DNA of 64,000 nt from Candidatus Poribacteria bacterium (GCA_965222805.1 CBDCUX010000005.1:3108770-3172769); one strand, 5' to 3'. Positions 20,102 to 30,973 are shown, counted from the first letter of the stretch. Program-made: numbers and translations. The notes: generated by a model from the sequence alone, not told the origin.

Positions 20102-22858
20102 ATGAATATTTTTAGGGTCTACTGCTTGTGCGCTTTTATCGCACTCTGTAACTGGGGCGGTGTTGCGTTCGCTCAAGTTGTCGAGATACCCGACCCGAAC
20201 CTCAAGCAGGCCGTCCGAGAAGCGCTCACACTGAACGATCAAATCCCAATTACCCAGCAAGAAATGTTAAAACTTGAACGGTTGGAAGCACCAGATAGAC
20301 AGATAGGGGATTTAACAGGACTAGCGTATGCCCTCAATTTGAAATGGATACGCCTTCAGAGAAATAACATAAGTGACATTAAGCCATTATCTGAATTGAA
20401 TCGGTTAGAAGGTGTAGGACTCTGGGTAAATCCTATTTCCGATTTGTCTCCATTAGCAAATCTTACCAATTTAAGATTCCTTGATCTTGCAATTTGCCAT
20501 ATTTCAGACCTTACTCCGCTTACCAATTTAACGCAGCTAGAATGGCTGACACTTGAGTGGCAAAGAAACGACAGAATAGCAGACATCAAGCCACTAGCAA
20601 ATTTAACAAAACTCCGCCATTTGAGGTTGAATGGTAATCGGATTGTTGATATAAGTCCCCTTGCCAATCTAGTCAACCTCGAAATGCTTAGACTCGATAA
20701 TAACCAGATTATTGATGTCAGCTCACTTGCAAACTTAATCATGTTGAAAGAATTGTGGATTGACAACAACCGGATCGTCGATATCAGTTCACTTGCTAAT
20801 TTAACACAGCTTACCGATTTGACACTTGCTAACAATGCAATAGCAGACTTTCAACCGCTCTTTGGATTGAATCTTCAAAATGTAGATATGGACATCCATA
20901 AGTTACAGGAATTTGCCTCAATTGATGTGAAGATACCCGATTTAAATTTAGAACGCGCCGTCCGAGAGGAACTAGGTCTGCAGGCCGAAACACCTCTTAC
21001 ACAGTTAGTAATGAACCAGTTAACGCGGCTAGATGCCCCGGAGAAACAGATAAAAGATTTAACAGGACTAGAACACGCTACTAATTTGAAATGGATCGAT
21101 GTTCATCAAAATAACATAAGCGTCCTCAAGCCATTGGCTAAACTAACTCAGTTAGAACGCTTAGGACTCTGGGTAAATCCTATTTCCGATTTATCTCCGC
21201 TAGCTAATCTCACTCAATTAAGAGGTCTTGACCTCGGCGGTTGTGACATTTCAGACATTACTCCACTTGCCAACCTAACGCAGCTGGAATGGCTAACCCT
21301 CCCTTGGAATTATTTGATTGAAGACATCACCCCATTGGGGAATCTAACGCAACTCACTCGATTAAATCTGAGTGGCAATCGGATTGTTGATATTACCCCT
21401 CTTGCCAATTTAACTATGTTGGACGAACTGCGAATCGATAACAATCGAATTGTCGATTATAGTCCACTTGATGGACTATCCTTGATCCGCCTTGACCGCG
21501 ATGAGGTTTGTGAATTACCGGATCTCCCTATTGCAGGACGCATTAAAAATCGGAGTTTCCCCTCTATTTTCCAAGCGTGGGGTGGAGAAATCATAAACCG
21601 ACCCACATTGTCCCGCGAAGGTGGACTGGTACATCACGATTTGTATTGGCATGGTCCGGGCTTGTTTGGTCTCCATTGGCAAGAGACTTCGCAAGGTTAT
21701 CAACTCACGGGCAATATTGAGCAAGCAGAGCAAAAACGGGACATGCTGCTTGCCAAAAATCCCAATATGCTTTTCTTCGCTGAGATTCGCCTAAGAGATG
21801 CAGGTTATACCCAGTATCCTGAAGATTGGCCCTACTGGTTAAGGGATGAGGAAGGGAATTTGGTTGGAAATGCAGACTTAATTGACTCGGTTTTCCTAAT
21901 TGACTTCACGCTACAAGGAGCACAAGACATCGTTGTGCAACAGGCGATTGCTGTGGCGAAATGTGGATTGTTTGACGGAATTTTCTTTGATTGGTGGAAC
22001 GAGAACAGGCTCACCCTTGCAAATTTTGACTGGTCAGAGCATTACAGCACACCAGAAGAAGAACTGCAGATAAAACTCTCGTTGATTCAGCGCATCCGTG
22101 TCATGGTCCCTGATGATTTTCTAATCATAGGCAATAATAATCAGTACAGACTTCCAATAACCGGCCCCTACATGAATGGCAGTTTCATGGAATCTTTCCA
22201 AGACTACGGGGGCGGTTATACCCCTGCGCGACTGGCGGAGATTGAAAGTAACCTCCTGTGGTTAGAAGAAAACCTAAAAGAACCCCAAATCAACTGCCTT
22301 GAAGGATGGGGCATCCCGACCGAACCGCCAAATAGCCCGAATAATAAAAGATGGATGCGTCTCTTTACTACAATGAGCCTCACTCTCTCCAACGGATATG
22401 TGCTTTATAACATCGGTTGGGACCGAAGTAAACCTGACCCACCCAATCACAATCATTACTGGTATTCATTTTGGGACGCCGATCTCGGACAACCTGTGAG
22501 TCCGACCGCTCAACCGTATCAGAACGTCGAAGGGGTGTATATCAGGGAGTTCACCAATGGTTGGGCGGTGTATAATCGGAGTGGGCAAGCACAAGCCATC
22601 ACACTGCCGTCATCTGCGAGCTCCGTATCTGATAGGGGAAACAACGCTGCGTCCCTGACTCACCTGCTCCCCGACCTTGATGGTGAAATCTATCTCGCGA
22701 CCCGAAGTTTCGCTGATGTCAACAACGATGGTGCCGTCAATATCTTGGATTTAGTGATGGTTGCTAATGGCTTTGGTCAATCCGCCCCGGACCCCAACGG
22801 TGATGGCGTGGTCAATATCCTTGATTTAGTCTTTGTCGCCCAGCAGTTTAGTCAGTAG
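20102..22858 (+). CDS. Secreted leucine-rich-repeat (internalin-like) protein with C-terminal double dockerin module
   Basis: Signal peptide, then two blocks of ~22-aa LRRs (LxxLxxLxLxxNxIxDIxPLAxL). The C-terminus DVNNDGAVNILDLVMVANGFGQSAPDPNGDGVVNILDLVFVAQQF is a dockerin type-I duplicated Ca-binding repeat. Confidence 0.75.
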   Translation: MNIFRVYCLCAFIALCNWGGVAFAQVVEIPDPNLKQAVREALTLNDQIPITQQEMLKLERLEAPDRQIGDLTGLAYALNLKWIRLQRNNISDIKPLSELNRLEGVGLWVNPISDLSPLANLTNLRFLDLAICHISDLTPLTNLTQLEWLTLEWQRNDRIADIKPLANLTKLRHLRLNGNRIVDISPLANLVNLEMLRLDNNQIIDVSSLANLIMLKELWIDNNRIVDISSLANLTQLTDLTLANNAIADFQPLFGLNLQNVDMDIHKLQEFASIDVKIPDLNLERAVREELGLQAETPLTQLVMNQLTRLDAPEKQIKDLTGLEHATNLKWIDVHQNNISVLKPLAKLTQLERLGLWVNPISDLSPLANLTQLRGLDLGGCDISDITPLANLTQLEWLTLPWNYLIEDITPLGNLTQLTRLNLSGNRIVDITPLANLTMLDELRIDNNRIVDYSPLDGLSLIRLDRDEVCELPDLPIAGRIKNRSFPSIFQAWGGEIINRPTLSREGGLVHHDLYWHGPGLFGLHWQETSQGYQLTGNIEQAEQKRDMLLAKNPNMLFFAEIRLRDAGYTQYPEDWPYWLRDEEGNLVGNADLIDSVFLIDFTLQGAQDIVVQQAIAVAKCGLFDGIFFDWWNENRLTLANFDWSEHYSTPEEELQIKLSLIQRIRVMVPDDFLIIGNNNQYRLPITGPYMNGSFMESFQDYGGGYTPARLAEIESNLLWLEENLKEPQINCLEGWGIPTEPPNSPNNKRWMRLFTTMSLTLSNGYVLYNIGWDRSKPDPPNHNHYWYSFWDADLGQPVSPTAQPYQNVEGVYIREFTNGWAVYNRSGQAQAITLPSSASSVSDRGNNAASLTHLLPDLDGEIYLATRSFADVNNDGAVNILDLVMVANGFGQSAPDPNGDGVVNILDLVFVAQQFSQ

Positions 22859-22873
22859 CACCATTAGAGGTTA

Positions 22874-22903
22874 CGGCACGCGGAGCGTGCCTACTACTTT
22901 TAT
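22874..22903 (+). terminator. Rho-independent terminator after the first LRR gene
   Basis: The hairpin ggcacgc-gga-gcgtgcc is followed by the T-rich tract tactacttttatt. Confidence 0.45.
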
Positions 22904-23002
22904 TGCGTTGGGTTTCACTATCGTTCACCCCAACCTACGGGCTGATAAATTGTCTGAATCAGGATTTTCAGGATTTAAGGATTAACAAGATAAGGAGTGC
23001 CC

Positions 23003-25411
23003 ATGAAATTAACGTTTGCACGTTTCACTCATCATGTTTCACGCTGTCTTTTCATTCTCTTCATCGTGGCAATCCTTCTCATCCCCCATGCCTCTGCTCA
23101 AGTTGTAGAGATCCCCGACCCGAACCTCAGACAAGCTATCCGAGAAACCCTACAACTTCCAGATGGTGTTCCTATCACAGAGCAGGATATGCTAGGATTA
23201 ACGGGCTTCGCTGCTGAGGATGCGGGAATCGAAAATATCACCGGTTTAGAATATGCTCATAATCTAAGAAGTCTATTTCTTCGGAACAATCCTATTGAGG
23301 ATGTCATGCCGCTTGCGAATCTCACACAACTTGAGCTTCTGCACCTCATTAGCGTTCCCATGGAAGATCTGACTTTCCTTAAAGATCTCACGGAATTAAG
23401 GGAACTTTATTTGGCTTATTGTCAGATAACAGACATCACGCCGATTCAGAATCTGACAAAACTGGTCCTTCTAGATCTCAGGGTGAATCGGATTATGGAT
23501 GTCGGTCCGCTTGCAAATTTAGCTTTGTTGCAAACACTGTGGATTGACAGAAATCGGATTACCGATTTTAGTCCACTTTTAGGGCTTTCTCTGACAGATT
23601 TTCAGTATGATGAGGTATGTGCAATTCCAGACCCTCCGATTCGAGATCGCATCTCCAATCGGAATTTGCCATCTATTGTCCAAGGGTGGGACAATGAAAT
23701 ACTGAATCTGCCTGCGTTATCGTATCAGGACCGTCTCGTTTATCATGATCTGATTTGGTCTGATTTCCTTTTTGACCTCCGTTTTCGACAGACCCCCCCA
23801 TGGTCTGAATTGATAGGGGATGTCAAATACGCAATAGCAGAACGAGAGAAACTACTTGCGAAGAATCCCAATATGATTTTCCTTCGAGAAATACGGTTAC
23901 ATACAGCAAATCCGAGTCATTATCCAGAGGATTGGCCCTATTGGCTAAGAGACGCAGATGGAAACCGTATATCGGGGGATAACGTTCTTGCGAATCAATA
24001 TTTGGTTGATTACAGGCTAAAAGAGACTCAAGATATTCTGGTTCAACAAGCGATTTCGGTGGCAAAGTGTGGTCTATATGACGGCATCATCTTTGATGTT
24101 TGGAGCGAAGTTCTGGTTTTAATTCAAGATCCTGGTATGCCGACCTATCAAGAACACACACCGGAATATGCTCAGGAGGTTGAGATAGAGCGCACGGCAC
24201 GGACCTCCATTCTACGCCGGATTCGTGAGGCGGTGCCGGACGATTTTCTCATTATATGCAACAATTGGCGCGAGATGCCGTTTTCAGCCCCATATATCAA
24301 TGGCAGTTTTATGGAGACCTTCCGTGACCTCGACATAGGTTATTCAGATGCGAGGCTTGCTGCGATTGAAGATGCGCTCGTTTGGCACGAAGCAAATGTG
24401 AGATCCCCCCAAACTAACATCTTGCGGGCGGAGGGGATTCCGACCGAACCGTTCGATAGTTCAAACAATCGCCGGTGGATGCGTTTATTTACCACGATGA
24501 GTTTCATCTTTTCTGATGGATATGTTTTGTACACTATTGGAGGATTTAGTCATAAACACTACTGGTATTCGTTTTGGGATGCGGATCTCGGTCAACCTGT
24601 CGGTCCCACTGCACAACGCTATCAAGAGGATATTGAGAGCTTGTATATCAGAGAGTTCACGAATGGCTGGGCGGTTTATAACCGGAGTGGGACAGCGCAG
24701 GAGATTTCGCTCACGGAGGAGGCCATGGGCGTGTCTAGTAATCAGGCAGGAAGAACGCATCAGCTAGCAGATTTGGACGGTGAAATCTATCTCAGGGCAG
24801 GCACAAGACCTGCCCCTACAGATCTAAATGGGGATGGTATTGTGAACGTTCTTGACCTGATTTTGGTCGCCCAACACTTCGGCACGACTAAGGGCGACAT
24901 TAATGGAGATGGGATTACTAACATCTTAGATTTAATCCTAGTTGCGCAACATCTCGGTGAAACAAGCACCCCTGCTGCACCTGCTGCGCTTCACGTTTCT
25001 CTCAGTCCGGAAACTGTTCAGAAGTGGATAGATATGGCGCACGCTCAAAACGACGGGTCAGTTATCTTTGCCCAAGGCATAGCGATGCTTGAAAGGCTGC
25101 TTGCGTTAATGATTCCAGACAAGACCGTGCTCCGCGCAAACTACCCGAATCCATTTAATCCAGAGACTTGGATCCCGTATCATCTTGCTAGCGAGACAGA
25201 AGTGCGGATTAGCATCTATGACCTCCGAGGTGTGTTGGTACGCCAATTCAATATAGGGCATCAAAAGGCGGGATACTACACCGATCGGAGGAAGGCAGCG
25301 TATTGGGATGGTCGTAACGAAATCAGGGAACCGGTGAGCAGTGGTATATACTTCTACACATTGACCACTGACGATTACACCGGAACCCGTAGGATGGTTA
25401 TCCTCAAATAG
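23003..25411 (+). CDS. Secreted LRR protein paralog with dockerin module and C-terminal T9SS/FlgD-Ig-like sorting domain
   Basis: Same N-terminal signal peptide and AQVVEIPDPNL motif as the paralog. Dockerin repeats TDLNGDGIVNVLDLILVAQHFG...DINGDGITNILDLILVAQHLG. C-terminal NYPNPFNPETWIPYHL...ISIYDLRGVLVRQF...GIYFYTLT...RRMVILK matches the Por secretion tail. Confidence 0.75.
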   Translation: MKLTFARFTHHVSRCLFILFIVAILLIPHASAQVVEIPDPNLRQAIRETLQLPDGVPITEQDMLGLTGFAAEDAGIENITGLEYAHNLRSLFLRNNPIEDVMPLANLTQLELLHLISVPMEDLTFLKDLTELRELYLAYCQITDITPIQNLTKLVLLDLRVNRIMDVGPLANLALLQTLWIDRNRITDFSPLLGLSLTDFQYDEVCAIPDPPIRDRISNRNLPSIVQGWDNEILNLPALSYQDRLVYHDLIWSDFLFDLRFRQTPPWSELIGDVKYAIAEREKLLAKNPNMIFLREIRLHTANPSHYPEDWPYWLRDADGNRISGDNVLANQYLVDYRLKETQDILVQQAISVAKCGLYDGIIFDVWSEVLVLIQDPGMPTYQEHTPEYAQEVEIERTARTSILRRIREAVPDDFLIICNNWREMPFSAPYINGSFMETFRDLDIGYSDARLAAIEDALVWHEANVRSPQTNILRAEGIPTEPFDSSNNRRWMRLFTTMSFIFSDGYVLYTIGGFSHKHYWYSFWDADLGQPVGPTAQRYQEDIESLYIREFTNGWAVYNRSGTAQEISLTEEAMGVSSNQAGRTHQLADLDGEIYLRAGTRPAPTDLNGDGIVNVLDLILVAQHFGTTKGDINGDGITNILDLILVAQHLGETSTPAAPAALHVSLSPETVQKWIDMAHAQNDGSVIFAQGIAMLERLLALMIPDKTVLRANYPNPFNPETWIPYHLASETEVRISIYDLRGVLVRQFNIGHQKAGYYTDRRKAAYWDGRNEIREPVSSGIYFYTLTTDDYTGTRRMVILK

Positions 25412-25467
25412 AACTATTGCGGTGAATAGATAGCAAATATGATACAATAAATCGATTTGGAGGGTAA

Positions 25468-25755
25468 ATGATGATCTTAGCACGTTCCTCACCGGTTTAG
25501 AACATGCTATCAATTTGACATTCCTAGTACTCTCTGAAAATGAGATTCGAGACCTCACACTCCTGGCCGGACTCCTCAACCTTGAAGCACTTGATATCTG
25601 GAAGTGTCGTTGACGTCAACCGCGATGGGAAAGTCAACATCTTGGATCTGGTGCAGGTCGCCAATGGGTTCGGCACATCCACCCCAGACCCAAATGGTAA
25701 TGGGGTGGTCAACATTCTTGATTCGGTGTTTGTTGCCCAGCAGTTCAACCAATAA
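25468..25755 (+). pseudogene. Truncated, frameshifted remnant of a third LRR-dockerin paralog
   Basis: A short LRR fragment (LSENEIRDLTLLAGLLNLEALDI) ends in a stop and is followed in the +1 frame by a complete dockerin module (DVNRDGKVNILDLVQVANGFGTSTPDPNGNGVVNILD). Confidence 0.5.
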
Positions 25756-25840
25756 AGCGTTATCAAGTTTGGAAAACTGATGCAGCATCGGGGGTATCCA
25801 CGAACCTGAACCTAAATAATAGATAGAGAAAGGAGACGCT

Positions 25841-26965
25841 ATGCTCTCAACACACAACATGGGCGGAGTATCCATTCAGCCTGATGAGCTGCAAGCGATG
25901 CAGGCGAACGACTACATCCTCCACGCTCGCGACAATAGATTAGAGAAGGTTCCTGTGGAGAAGATCCGGCTGCCGCGGGATCCGGAGGGACACACCCAGC
26001 GGCTGTGCCTAGCACAGGCACCGAATGGGACGATCTATGCCGCCCAACATACGCTGCTTCACAGGTCAACTGACGGTGGCAAAACGTGGGAGCACCTCCG
26101 GCGGGATCCCGATATATGCAGCGGCTGGCGGGTGGCGTTCAACAACGAGGGTGCCATGTTAAACGTCAAACCCGCGGTCAACGGCACGCCGCCGACCGTG
26201 TGGGAGTCGCACGACGAAGGCGAGACATGGCAGCAAATCGGACAGATTGACCCCGGTACGCCGGATGTGCTGTCGCTGGGTTTTAGTATGACCCGTCTGG
26301 ACGACGGTACGCTGTTAGTGCCGGTGCTGGTGGGGGCGGACAGGATTGGGAATCGCAAAGCGGCTGAAATAACGCCCGCTGTATGTCGCATCTACCGTTC
26401 ACAGGACGGTGGACATATATGGTCAGAGTATTCTGTCCTTGGTGAGTGGTGCTGTGAAGTTAACGTTGCCCAACTGCCCACGGGTAGACTGTTGGCGGCG
26501 ATCCGCTATCAGCGCCCCAGTCTATCCGATGATCCCCCAGATCTGTTGGAACGGACGGGTGCCCTCGCAGCCGGTCACACATTCCCATACAAGCACGTGT
26601 TCGTCGCCCATTCGGACGATGTAGGTGAAACATGGACATCGCCGCGACAACTCGCCACGGTGCTAGGTCAGTGCTACGGATACGGTGTTGGGTTATCGGG
26701 CAATCGTGCGGTGGTGGTTACCGATCACCGATACCCCCGCGAGATGAGCAGCGGCAGGGCGGTAGTGAGCCATGACAGTGGTGAGACGTGGCAAGACGAG
26801 GTGTACTACCTCAGTCATGGTCAGGCGGCTGGCTACGCAGCGACAATCACTTTAGACGGGGAAGAGATGCTGACGCTGACTGGCTCCTGTTATGGCGACG
26901 TGAGTGCTTGGGATAACTGCATTGGCAACACCGACTATGTGATTATTCGTTGGCGGCTAGTTTAG
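25841..26965 (+). CDS. BNR/Asp-box repeat protein (sialidase-like beta-propeller)
   Basis: Asp-box motifs STDGGKTW, SHDEGETW, SQDGGHIW, SDDVGETW and SHDSGETW. Paralog of 28966..30126. Confidence 0.7.
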   Translation: MLSTHNMGGVSIQPDELQAMQANDYILHARDNRLEKVPVEKIRLPRDPEGHTQRLCLAQAPNGTIYAAQHTLLHRSTDGGKTWEHLRRDPDICSGWRVAFNNEGAMLNVKPAVNGTPPTVWESHDEGETWQQIGQIDPGTPDVLSLGFSMTRLDDGTLLVPVLVGADRIGNRKAAEITPAVCRIYRSQDGGHIWSEYSVLGEWCCEVNVAQLPTGRLLAAIRYQRPSLSDDPPDLLERTGALAAGHTFPYKHVFVAHSDDVGETWTSPRQLATVLGQCYGYGVGLSGNRAVVVTDHRYPREMSSGRAVVSHDSGETWQDEVYYLSHGQAAGYAATITLDGEEMLTLTGSCYGDVSAWDNCIGNTDYVIIRWRLV

Positions 26966-26973
26966 GCAAGCAC

Positions 26974-27010
26974 GGGCGGGGTAACCCCGCCCCTACGATT
27001 TCTTTTCGCG
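26974..27010 (+). terminator. Rho-independent terminator after the BNR gene
   Basis: The hairpin gggcgggg-taa-ccccgccc is followed by ctacgatttcttttcg. Confidence 0.45.
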
Positions 27011-27060
27011 CTTTGCACTTTCTTTTTACATGAACCATCCGAAGAATGTAGGAGGGAAAT

Positions 27061-28620
27061 ATGCCAAAGGCTGATTGGTCAGAAACCAAACGGGCCCGAG
27101 TAGCGGCAGCACAACGTCCTCGGCGTATCATCTTCAACGACGATACACACGAATTGGCACTGGAAGACGCAAATACCCCTGAAGGTTTCCTATCGCATCG
27201 GATTGCGCCGCTTTCCGAAACACAGGTCGGCACCATCTCTTGGTCGGTGCTGTGTGGACAGTTCGATGCCCCTGCCTACGACAGCAAGGTGCAGCCAATC
27301 TACGGTGATGCCCAAGGTGCGCCGGTCAAATATTGGCATAGGGCGACCGAGAACATCAAGACGCTGACGCGAGAGTACCGTTGTCCGCTGCACCTAGTTT
27401 GTGACTTCGCACACGGGCACGACATGGAGGCGTTCGCATCGGTACGCATGAACGACGTGCACGACAGTTTTATGGACGCCAACGCCATGACTGTCTGGAA
27501 ACGCACACACCCGGAGCTCATGGTTGATACCCGCGGAACGCTACCAGAGTTTGAATTGTATATGACCGCGCAAGACTTCTCACACGAAGCGGTGCGCCGA
27601 CGCAAGATCGAAATCATTGAGGAGATCTGTCAGCACTATGACGTGGACGGGTTTGAGTTGGACTATATCCGCCATCCTGTGTTGTTCAGTCGGCGGATGC
27701 GCGGCGAACCGTGCACGACAGAGGAGATTGCCACTATCACATCAATGATGGAAGAGATTCGCAGCCTGACGGACGCAGCAGCGGAGCGGCGTGGCAGACC
27801 GTTGCTTATCACTGTGCGGGTGCCGGACACCTTCGGCACATGTCTTGATAACGGTATGGATGTGGTGACGTGGCTCGAAGAAGATCTGACCGATCTCCTC
27901 ATTATCGGTGGCGGATATGCGCCGTGGTCCCTGCCGGTTGAGACGTGGGTTGAAGCGGCGGGACCGCACGGTGTGCCCGTCTATCCATGCGTGAACTTGG
28001 GTAAGGAGTCGCTGCCGTTGGTGCGTGGATTGGCATCGAACTGGTATCGCGCCGGTGTTGATGGACTCTACTTCTGGAATCTTGGAACGCCATTTGAGTT
28101 CATGACCGGCGACCAGCTGATTGAAACTCGCCGTAGCTGCTACGCCTGCGTGCATGAAGTGGGGGATGCGAACATGTTGGTCGGCAAAGATAAGCTGTTC
28201 AGCGTCGATAGTGATACAGGCGGCATCCTGCCCTACTACGCACACCTATCCGCGCCTCGTCCGCTGCCGCTCGAATCGAAACGCGCTACTCTGCGTACCG
28301 GCGTGATTGGCCGCCTACCGCTGATCGTGGGTGACGATGTGGCATTGTATCCGCCGACAAGGGCAACCTTGACCGTTGGGTTCGATGACCCCTCTTGGAA
28401 GAACGCGTTGCTAGTTCGGTTAAACGGTGAGGCGCTGACCGACGGTCAATTTGCCTCCGCCATGGAGGGTCGGATGGATTGTCAGCTTGCATACGATGTG
28501 CGAGTGCCGCCGCTGCGGAGGGGTAAAAACATCGTGGAACTAGCGGCTCGGAACGATGTCGTTCTTCCTGAGAGTATCGTCACGATCCTTGGTCTGGATT
28601 TGACACTTAAGTATGGGTGA
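27061..28620 (+). CDS. Hypothetical protein (519 aa), possibly glycoside-hydrolase-like TIM barrel
   Basis: Strong RBS (AGGAGG). Sits between two BNR paralogs. No confident family match from sequence alone. Confidence 0.55.
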   Translation: MPKADWSETKRARVAAAQRPRRIIFNDDTHELALEDANTPEGFLSHRIAPLSETQVGTISWSVLCGQFDAPAYDSKVQPIYGDAQGAPVKYWHRATENIKTLTREYRCPLHLVCDFAHGHDMEAFASVRMNDVHDSFMDANAMTVWKRTHPELMVDTRGTLPEFELYMTAQDFSHEAVRRRKIEIIEEICQHYDVDGFELDYIRHPVLFSRRMRGEPCTTEEIATITSMMEEIRSLTDAAAERRGRPLLITVRVPDTFGTCLDNGMDVVTWLEEDLTDLLIIGGGYAPWSLPVETWVEAAGPHGVPVYPCVNLGKESLPLVRGLASNWYRAGVDGLYFWNLGTPFEFMTGDQLIETRRSCYACVHEVGDANMLVGKDKLFSVDSDTGGILPYYAHLSAPRPLPLESKRATLRTGVIGRLPLIVGDDVALYPPTRATLTVGFDDPSWKNALLVRLNGEALTDGQFASAMEGRMDCQLAYDVRVPPLRRGKNIVELAARNDVVLPESIVTILGLDLTLKYG

Positions 28621-28965
28621 CAAGAGATAGTGCATCATAATAACCATACAGTGCTAGCTTGCACCTGTTGATACGATCGCCGGTCAAAGACCGAGAGTGA
28701 AACGTGAAAACAATTGGTTCATTGATTCATTGGTGCATTAGTTCATTAATGTAACACAAACTGCTATTTATCAAACGCATATTACACATGCCGCCTCGCC
28801 CCGATAAGATCGGGAGATTCGGCTATGGGTCGGGCAAGATGCCCAACCTACGGGTATGTGTGCAGTGGATTTGTCAATCCACTGCGAGCGGTAATTTTCT
28901 CGCTTTAGCTTTTATTCACTTACTTACCCTATAAGTGGCAACTTGCACTACAATGGAGGATTAAG

Positions 28966-30126
28966 ATGATGGAAGTAATCGTTAAACCGAACCTGCGCAC
29001 AAATCGACTCGGCGGGGTCGACGTGCCATCGGCGGAAGTACTTAAGCAGATGCACGATAGTCAATACATCCTACACGCTGCTGGCGGAAAACTCACCCGC
29101 ATTCCGGTGGAAAAGACCCTGCTGCCTCACAGCGATGACATGAGCCCTCAAGGTACGCACGTGGACGTAGGACCGGACGGCACGGTATACGTAAAGCAGT
29201 CCCAAGTCCTGTGTAAATCCACGGACGGGGGGCGCACATGGACATCGCGATCCCTGACAGGTATGAAGAATACACCGGGAGGGCACTGGCGCGTGCTGCG
29301 CGATGGCACGTTCATCGGCGTCCACTGCTCGACGGGACCGGAGGCACGTGACCCAGCGGTTGTGTGGGCGTCCCAAGACGAGGGTATAACGTGGACGAAG
29401 CGGGCAGCGATTCCGGTCGAGATGAATCTCCCCGACGGCAGACCCTACACCGAACGGTACACGCACCGCGGGCTGAATCGACTTCAGGATGACACGCTGC
29501 TATGGACGGTGGACATCCGAAATACACCAACCACCATGAATGGCTGTTACACCTTCCGCTCAACGGATGGGGGTCATACTTGGCAGGGTCCCACTCTGAT
29601 GATTGATTGGGGTTCAGAGGGTGCAGCCGTGTTGACCCCATCGGGTCGTGTGTTCGCGACAATGCGCTATCAGCGTCCTCCCCTGCCATCCGATACCGAG
29701 GAAATGATGCGCCCAATGGAGGGTTCCGACGCGGGCAGAGGCTTCAAGAACGTCTTTGTGATGGACTCTGGGGATGATGGTCAAACGTGGAGTCCACCGC
29801 GTATGTTATGCACAATGTACGGTCAAACCTTCGGCTATCCCGCAGTCCAGAGCGATGGAACAGCGGTCGTTATACATGACACACGCTACGGGCCCGGACC
29901 GCCTGGATCTCGCGCGATGATTAGCCGAGACGAAGGCATAACTTGGCTGGACGAAGTCTACTATCTCGATTCAACGACCTTCACCGGCAGCTACAGTGCT
30001 AGTATGGTGTTTGCGGATGATACGATTCTGTCAATCTGTGGCTCCAGCCAAGCACCCGGATCGTGGGATGAGGTCAGAGACAACACCGATATTTACGCTA
30101 TTCTCTGGCAACCGGTGGAAGGGTAA
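28966..30126 (+). CDS. BNR/Asp-box repeat protein paralog
   Basis: STDGGRTW, SQDEGITW, STDGGHTW, GDDGQTW and SRDEGITW. The N-terminal region aligns with that of 25841..26965. Confidence 0.7.
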   Translation: MMEVIVKPNLRTNRLGGVDVPSAEVLKQMHDSQYILHAAGGKLTRIPVEKTLLPHSDDMSPQGTHVDVGPDGTVYVKQSQVLCKSTDGGRTWTSRSLTGMKNTPGGHWRVLRDGTFIGVHCSTGPEARDPAVVWASQDEGITWTKRAAIPVEMNLPDGRPYTERYTHRGLNRLQDDTLLWTVDIRNTPTTMNGCYTFRSTDGGHTWQGPTLMIDWGSEGAAVLTPSGRVFATMRYQRPPLPSDTEEMMRPMEGSDAGRGFKNVFVMDSGDDGQTWSPPRMLCTMYGQTFGYPAVQSDGTAVVIHDTRYGPGPPGSRAMISRDEGITWLDEVYYLDSTTFTGSYSASMVFADDTILSICGSSQAPGSWDEVRDNTDIYAILWQPVEG

Positions 30127-30280
30127 GTCACCCAAGTCTCGACCTATGGCAGAGGTATAAACTAGCTATAAAGGTGGGGTATGCCTTCAGGAGTGATTGT
30201 AATGGCAGCTCCGATTCTGAATTATACCTGCGGACAGCAGTAATAGGTCCCTTGATTTTCGATTAAAGGAGGATAGCGCG

Positions 30281-30973
30281 ATGCGAAAACCCGATTTTGC
30301 CCGGACAGATCTCAGTCAGTTGGTAGATAAGGATCTGCAATTCTTAATCGAGAATTTCCCGAAGCCGGGACGGAGTTATGAGGAGATTGCTCAACTGATT
30401 CATCAGCTGCCGACGACTCTTGACTCAATGCTAAACAGCGAATCCCTGTTCAACAAGATTCGCGATCGAAGTCTGTTGATATTAGAGATTTCGCCGTTTC
30501 TATTCTTCAGTGTGCTCTTGCGGCGCAGTCTAATGGATCAGCGAATCTTGGGAGATAAAAAGGTTATCAACTATATCGCGAATCTCCTCAGTCTTTTCGT
30601 TAAAACAGACCGATTGTATCGCATTCATCGGAACGATAAACAGACCCACCACTATCTGACAGACATGATTCAAGAGGCAGCAAACGCAGATACCCGTCGC
30701 CAGTTCCTTATCTACTCGCACATTGGCAACTACTCCCTTTACCTCACAGGGCTCTTTCCACAGTGGATCGAATATCGCCATCGTTATAAAAACCGTCCGG
30801 TGAGTGCACAATTTTATATTGATTTTGGGCGCGAATACTATGATCGTGCGTCAGGACATTCGATGGCACGGGAATATGAACTTGGTGAAGTCTTTTTCCG
30901 TTTGTCGATTATGTTTGAAGTCTATAAAGAGGCGCTCAACCATCTCGCGAAACAGTATTTGGTTTCGTCATGA
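30281..30973 (+). CDS. Hypothetical protein (230 aa)
   Basis: Good RBS (AAGGAGG). No recognisable domain. Confidence 0.5.
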   Translation: MRKPDFARTDLSQLVDKDLQFLIENFPKPGRSYEEIAQLIHQLPTTLDSMLNSESLFNKIRDRSLLILEISPFLFFSVLLRRSLMDQRILGDKKVINYIANLLSLFVKTDRLYRIHRNDKQTHHYLTDMIQEAANADTRRQFLIYSHIGNYSLYLTGLFPQWIEYRHRYKNRPVSAQFYIDFGREYYDRASGHSMAREYELGEVFFRLSIMFEVYKEALNHLAKQYLVSS

